Positions 59,537 to 64,000 of a stretch of 64,000 nt of DNA are shown here, piece by piece. The notes beneath the pieces are model-generated. The model made no database searches. It saw only the letters and a program-made list of their open reading frames with translations, and was not told the origin of the DNA. The stretch is taken from the NCBI GenBank assembly GCA_029858565.1, contig JAOUEV010000003.1:49967-113966 (forward strand), given 5' to 3'. The stretch comes from Nitrospirota bacterium. Its GTDB lineage: Bacteria > Nitrospirota > UBA9217. Each line of letters begins with the position of its first letter. The stretch's first letter is position 1. The translations under genes and the position numbers were made by a program.

Positions 59537-62026
59537 GTGGAGGATTCCGTGAACATCAAGGATTTCGAGGTCGCACTTGCTGATCTTCGCCGCACTGCCG
59601 ATCCCGCGGAGTTTCCCTTTGCTACGACCGCGGAACTGTCCACACGCGAGGATGTGATCGGCCAGCAGCGCGCGGTGAGCTCTTTGGAGTTCGGCCTGGG
59701 GATCAAGAACCACGGCTACAATATCTACGTGTCCGGCGTGCCGGGTACGGGCAGGAACAGCATTGTCCGGTCCATTGTAAAGCGGATCTCCCTGGGACGG
59801 CCGGTGCCCGAGGACTGGTGCTTCATAAACAACTTCAAGGACGCAGACCGGCCCCACTCGATCAAGCTCGCGCCGGGCAGGGGGCGGGAGTTCCAGCATG
59901 ACATGGAAAAGTTCATAGAGCTCATGCTGGCCGAGATCCCCAAGGTATTCGAATCCAAGGAGTATGAAGAGCAGAAGACCGGGGTCCAGGAACAGCTTGA
60001 GCACGCCAAGGAGGTCCTGTTCGAGGACACAGCGCACCGGGCGCAGGACCTGTCCTTCCAGCTTACGGTGACGCGGACCGGGATCGTGAAGGTCCCGCTG
60101 TTCAAAGGCAAGACCTTGCAACCCGAGGACGCGGAAAAGTTCACGCCCGAGCAGCGGCTCGAGATCGAGGACCGCGAAAAGAAGGTCGATGCCGAGATCC
60201 GCGATTTCCTGTCCAAGGCGCGCCTGCTCGACAAGGAGGCGCAGGAGAAGATCCGCGAGCTGAACCGCAAGATCGCCCACTTTGCCATGGGTCACCAGCT
60301 GGATGACCTGAAGGTGAAATATCGGGATAATCCGCGCATACCCGACTATCTGAGCGAGGTGGAGGAGGACATTCTCGGGAATCTGAAGGAGTTCCTTGGC
60401 CAGACGCCGGAACTGCCGTTCCATATCGAGGGAATGGACCGCCAGGCCCTGCTGGAACGCTACCGGGTAAACGTGCTCGTTGATAATTCCAGGACCAGGG
60501 GCGGGCCGGTCGTGGAAGAAGCGAACCCGACCTACAATAACCTCGTCGGCAGGATCGAACGGAAAGCGCGGTTCGGCGCGCTGTTCACGAACTTCACCAT
60601 GATCAAGTCGGGCTCCGTGCTCCAGGCGAACGGCGGATATCTGATCATGAACGCGCTGGACGTGCTGCGGAACCCCTTTTCCTGGGACGCGCTCAAAAGG
60701 ATCATCAAGAAGAGCGAAGTGAAGATCGAGGATATCGCCGAGCTCTACGGCGTTTCCACGGCCGGGATCAAACCCGAACCGATCCCGGTTTCGGTCAAGG
60801 TCATCATGCTCGGCAGTCCCTGGCTGTACTACCTGCTGTACTCCTATGATGAGGACTTCCGGAGCATCTTCAAGGTCCGGTCGGATTTTGACACACAGGT
60901 AAATGATTCGGCCGATGAAAAGCAGCGGTACGCGAATTTCATAGGAAACATGGCGGCGGAGGAGAAACTGCTGGCATTCACCCGCGAGGCGGTCGCGGGG
61001 ATCGTGGACCACGCGGCCCGGCTTGCGGAGAAGAAGGGTAAGCTTTCCCTGCGCTTCAGCGATATTTCCGATATTGTGCGTGAGGCATCGTACTGGGCAG
61101 GAGAGGGCGGAGCAGCGGTTGTCGGAGCGGATCATGTGGACAAGGCGCTTGATGCCAGGATCTACCGGGGAAATCTTCTTGAAGAACGCATCCAGGAACT
61201 CCTGACCGACGGGACCATCCTGGTGGATGTGAGCGGCGCGGTAGCCGGCCAGGTGAACGGCCTGTCGGTCTACGACCTTGGGGACTTTTCCTTTGGCAAG
61301 CCGTCGCGGATAACCTGCAGTGTTCATCTGGGGAAGGCCGGCGTGGTGGACATCGAGCGGGAGGCCAAGCTCTCCGGCCGGATCTACAACAAGGGCGTGC
61401 TGATCCTGTCAGGCTATCTTGGCGGAACCTATGCACGGGACAGGCAGCTTTCCCTTTCCGCGAGCATTGCCTTTGAACAAAGCTACGGAGATATTGAAGG
61501 CGACAGCGCCTCGATCGCCGAGCTGGTCGCGCTTCTGTCGGCGGTCACCGGCGTCCCGGCGCGGCAAGACTTCGCGATCACGGGATCGATCAACCAAAAG
61601 GGAGAGGTCCAGCCCATCGGCGGAGTGAACGAGAAGATAGAAGGATTCTTCGCAGTATGCAAGGCACGGGGGCTTACCGGCGACCAGGGCGTGGTGATCC
61701 CCCGGAAGAATGTCATGCACCTCATGCTGAAAAAAGAGGTCGTCCAAGCGGTCAAAGAAGGGAAGTTCCGTATCTACGCGGTCTCGACCGCGGATGAGGC
61801 GCTCTTCCTCATGACCGGAGTCGTTGCTGGAGAGCGGAAGACCGACGGGACCTGGCCTGAGGGGACGTTGAATTATCTTGTGGACAAGCGGCTGAAGGAA
61901 ATAGCGAAGAAGCTTAAGGCCGATGAAAAGGCCGAGGCCAAGGATAAGGAAAAGGAAAAAGAAAAGAAGGAAGAGAACAACGAGACACCGCCGCCCAAGC
62001 CGACCGTGCCGGGTGGACCGGGATAA
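59537..62026 (+). CDS. Lon-like (LonC/AAA_32) protease
   Basis: IGQQRA, GVPGTGR, GQVNGLSV, EGDSAS (Ser), GGVNEKIEGFF (Lys). Start 59537 or 59549. Confidence 0.9.
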   Translation: MEDSVNIKDFEVALADLRRTADPAEFPFATTAELSTREDVIGQQRAVSSLEFGLGIKNHGYNIYVSGVPGTGRNSIVRSIVKRISLGRPVPEDWCFINNFKDADRPHSIKLAPGRGREFQHDMEKFIELMLAEIPKVFESKEYEEQKTGVQEQLEHAKEVLFEDTAHRAQDLSFQLTVTRTGIVKVPLFKGKTLQPEDAEKFTPEQRLEIEDREKKVDAEIRDFLSKARLLDKEAQEKIRELNRKIAHFAMGHQLDDLKVKYRDNPRIPDYLSEVEEDILGNLKEFLGQTPELPFHIEGMDRQALLERYRVNVLVDNSRTRGGPVVEEANPTYNNLVGRIERKARFGALFTNFTMIKSGSVLQANGGYLIMNALDVLRNPFSWDALKRIIKKSEVKIEDIAELYGVSTAGIKPEPIPVSVKVIMLGSPWLYYLLYSYDEDFRSIFKVRSDFDTQVNDSADEKQRYANFIGNMAAEEKLLAFTREAVAGIVDHAARLAEKKGKLSLRFSDISDIVREASYWAGEGGAAVVGADHVDKALDARIYRGNLLEERIQELLTDGTILVDVSGAVAGQVNGLSVYDLGDFSFGKPSRITCSVHLGKAGVVDIEREAKLSGRIYNKGVLILSGYLGGTYARDRQLSLSASIAFEQSYGDIEGDSASIAELVALLSAVTGVPARQDFAITGSINQKGEVQPIGGVNEKIEGFFAVCKARGLTGDQGVVIPRKNVMHLMLKKEVVQAVKEGKFRIYAVSTADEALFLMTGVVAGERKTDGTWPEGTLNYLVDKRLKEIAKKLKADEKAEAKDKEKEKEKKEENNETPPPKPTVPGGPG

Positions 62027-62060
62027 AGAATCCTTGAAACTACAAAGGCGAGGCCCTGTT

Positions 62061-62249
62061 TTCGCGCAGAGACGCGGAGACGCAGAGAAAAGCAGATCAG
62101 GAACCTTTAATTCAGCCACGGAAGACGCGGAAGAAGCAAAGCATTTCCTCCGTTGGTTTTAAAGCCGAGATTAAGGCTTTTGATTTTTCCGCCTCTTCCG
62201 TGGCCATTTTTCTTTTGCCGTTCCCTGCGCCTCTGCGTCTCCGCGCGAG
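62061..62249. repeat. Nested palindromic elements
   Basis: Outer CGCAGAGA x3 arms (62061-89/62221-49); inner GCCACGGAAGACGCGGAA...TTCCGCCTCTTCCGTGGC (62115-62204). Confidence 0.85.
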
Positions 62250-62348
62250 AATGGTTTTGTTTCGATGTTTCTCCAGGATCTATGCCCCTATAACCGGCCT
62301 TCCATGGTATAATGCTTCCGCTGTTGGTCATGGGGACAGCAACACTTC

Positions 62349-63407
62349 ATGTACGAATCCATCATTTCCTCGTTCCAGATACCCGGCAGGCTCCTTTCCG
62401 CGGAGCGCTTTGGTGCCGGTCTGATCAACGACACCATCCTCTGCGAGTACTCAGCCGATGGCGAGGTGCGCAAGTATATTCTCCAGCGCATCAATGGACA
62501 GGTATTTCTCCATCCCGGGCAGGTGATGCAGAACGTTGAGCTCGTGACCGGACATATCCAGGACCGGATGCGGCAGGAGGGGATCGCTGATCCCGAGAGC
62601 CTGACGCCGGCCCTGATCTGGACCCGCTCAGGAGGATCCTGTCATGTGGACCAGGGCGGCGGTCACTGGCGCATGTTCCACTTCATCGAGAGCGGAGAGG
62701 TATTCGACCGCGTCAGGGACGGGAACCACGCGTACGAGGTCGGAAGGGCGCTCGGACGGTTCCAGGCGCTCGTTGCCGATCTTTCTCCTGAAAAGCTTCA
62801 CGATACACTTCCGGGTTTTCACGAAACACCCCGTTATCTCGCGGAGCTTGACCGGGCCGTGAAGACCCATGGAGAACATGCGTCCGCAGTCGGTCCGGAG
62901 CTTGCTTTTGTTGCGGTCAGGAGGTCGCTTGCGGACAGCCTTCTTGATCCGCTTCGCTCGGCCGCGATCCCGCTCCGGGTCGTGCATAATGATCCCAAGG
63001 TGAACAACATCCTGATCAGCAAGGTCACGGGCAAGGCGCTCTGCATGGTGGACCTGGACACGGTGAAGCCGGGTATCGTGCATTTCGACTTCGGCGACTG
63101 CGTCCGCTCGGCAGCGAATCCGGCGGGAGAGGATGCGGAAGACCTGAACAGCGTGGCTTTTGAGACGGGCTGGTACGAAGCCCTGACCCGGGGATACCTT
63201 GAAGAAGCAAAGTTCCTGACCACGGCCGAGATCGAACTCCTCCCCCTGTCCGTGCGTGTCATAACCTTTGAGCTTGGCATCAGGTTCCTTTGCGATCATG
63301 TTCAGGGAGACACCTATTTCAGGACACGCTATCCCGGGCACAATCTGCACAGGGCGCGGGTGCAGTTCCGGTTGCTGGAGAAGATGGAAGAGGCGTTGAA
63401 TAAATAA
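62349..63407 (+). CDS. APH-family phosphotransferase (N-acetylhexosamine 1-kinase-like)
   Basis: GLINDT, YILQRIN, HNDPKVNN, DLDTVKPG, DFGD, HNLHRARVQ. Confidence 0.85.
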   Translation: MYESIISSFQIPGRLLSAERFGAGLINDTILCEYSADGEVRKYILQRINGQVFLHPGQVMQNVELVTGHIQDRMRQEGIADPESLTPALIWTRSGGSCHVDQGGGHWRMFHFIESGEVFDRVRDGNHAYEVGRALGRFQALVADLSPEKLHDTLPGFHETPRYLAELDRAVKTHGEHASAVGPELAFVAVRRSLADSLLDPLRSAAIPLRVVHNDPKVNNILISKVTGKALCMVDLDTVKPGIVHFDFGDCVRSAANPAGEDAEDLNSVAFETGWYEALTRGYLEEAKFLTTAEIELLPLSVRVITFELGIRFLCDHVQGDTYFRTRYPGHNLHRARVQFRLLEKMEEALNK

Positions 63408-63421
63408 GTATCAAGACCTGT

Positions 63422-63517
63422 TTCGCGCAGGGACGCAGAGCTCGCAGGGAAGACAAGTATCAAAGAACATGACCACGTCTTTGAGGTTTTCCCAGCGTCT
63501 CAGCGCCTCTGCGCGAG
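63422..63517. repeat. Palindromic element, close copy of 54717-54814
   Basis: TTCGCGCAGGGACGCAGAGCTCGCAGGGAA...CAGCGTCTCAGCGCCTCTGCGCGAG resembles the reverse complement of 54717-54814. Confidence 0.85.
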
Positions 63518-63565
63518 GACGGTTTTGGTGTGTCAGCCTTGTCTCATAATAAAGGAGCAGCCATC

Positions 63566-63940
63566 ATGCCGACCAAGATCGTGATCACCGTGAACCGCGT
63601 AAAGCTCGACGGGGAACTGTACGATACCCCCTGCGCTCAGGCGATCGCTAAACTGCTGCCGCTGTCCGAGCGGCCGTCCGAGTGGGGCGATGAGTTCTAC
63701 TTCGAGATCCCGGTCACCTGCGCGTCAGATCCCACTGCGACCACGAAAGTGCGGGTAGGGGACATCGGGTACTGGCCCCAGGGAAAAGCTCTTGCCATCT
63801 TCTTCGGCCGTACGCCCATGAGCACCGGGCCGGAACCGGTGCCTGCGGGACCGGTGAATTCCGTTGGGAGGATCATCGGAGACGCAGCGGTTTTGCAAAA
63901 GGAAAAGGGAACACGGAAGATCAGGATCGAGAAGGCGTGA
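63566..63940 (+). CDS. Cyclophilin-like fold protein (DUF369-like)
   Basis: WGDEFYF, GDIGYWP.G.AL.IFFG.TP; AGGAG RBS. Confidence 0.85.
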   Translation: MPTKIVITVNRVKLDGELYDTPCAQAIAKLLPLSERPSEWGDEFYFEIPVTCASDPTATTKVRVGDIGYWPQGKALAIFFGRTPMSTGPEPVPAGPVNSVGRIIGDAAVLQKEKGTRKIRIEKA

Positions 63941-63964
63941 TGAGCGGATCAAGAACCTTTTTCT

Positions 63965-63987
63965 GCCACGGAAAATGCGGAAGAAGC
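63965..63987 (+). repeat. Left arm of a GCCACGGAA-type element (cut by window end)
   Basis: GATCAAGAACCTTT...GCCACGGAAAATGCGGAAGAAGC resembles ~62096-62137. Confidence 0.7.
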
Positions 63988-64000
63988 AGGGCGATTGCTC

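Overview
GC-rich bacterial chromosome segment; gene content suggests an anaerobe such as Nitrospirota or Desulfobacterota (inference only). The backbone is housekeeping: a BamA-family gene, sppA, recN, 2-oxoacid oxidoreductase subunits, cysK, a cysteine desulfurase, an NtrX-like regulator, an ABC exporter, a GH57 enzyme, uppS-cdsA-dxr-rseP-ispG-proS, a GspE/PilB ATPase, mdh-fumAB-apt, a group 3b [NiFe] hydrogenase operon, namZ with a murU-amgK fusion, and a Lon-like protease. Accessory DNA interrupts it at several points. A complete class IIC group II intron (10-1946) sits at a TTGT/T site ahead of three cassette-like nuclease/HEPN-like genes with attC remnants and REPs. There are also four TA modules (one with a deleted toxin), an AT-rich kinase + unknown + PD-(D/E)XK cluster and an XcyI-type R-M system. 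Three signals stand out. (1) A dispersed, sometimes nested family of palindromic elements with 8-9 bp periodic arms, one copy of which encloses a GxxExxY nuclease-fold gene (candidate autonomous/non-autonomous mobile system). (2) An unannotated NifU-domain gene with an in-frame UGA at the CxxC position and a SECIS-like hairpin (candidate CxxU selenoprotein). (3) The kinase cluster as a candidate defence system. All calls come from motif recognition by eye; no searches were run. No rRNA, tRNA or CRISPR array was seen.
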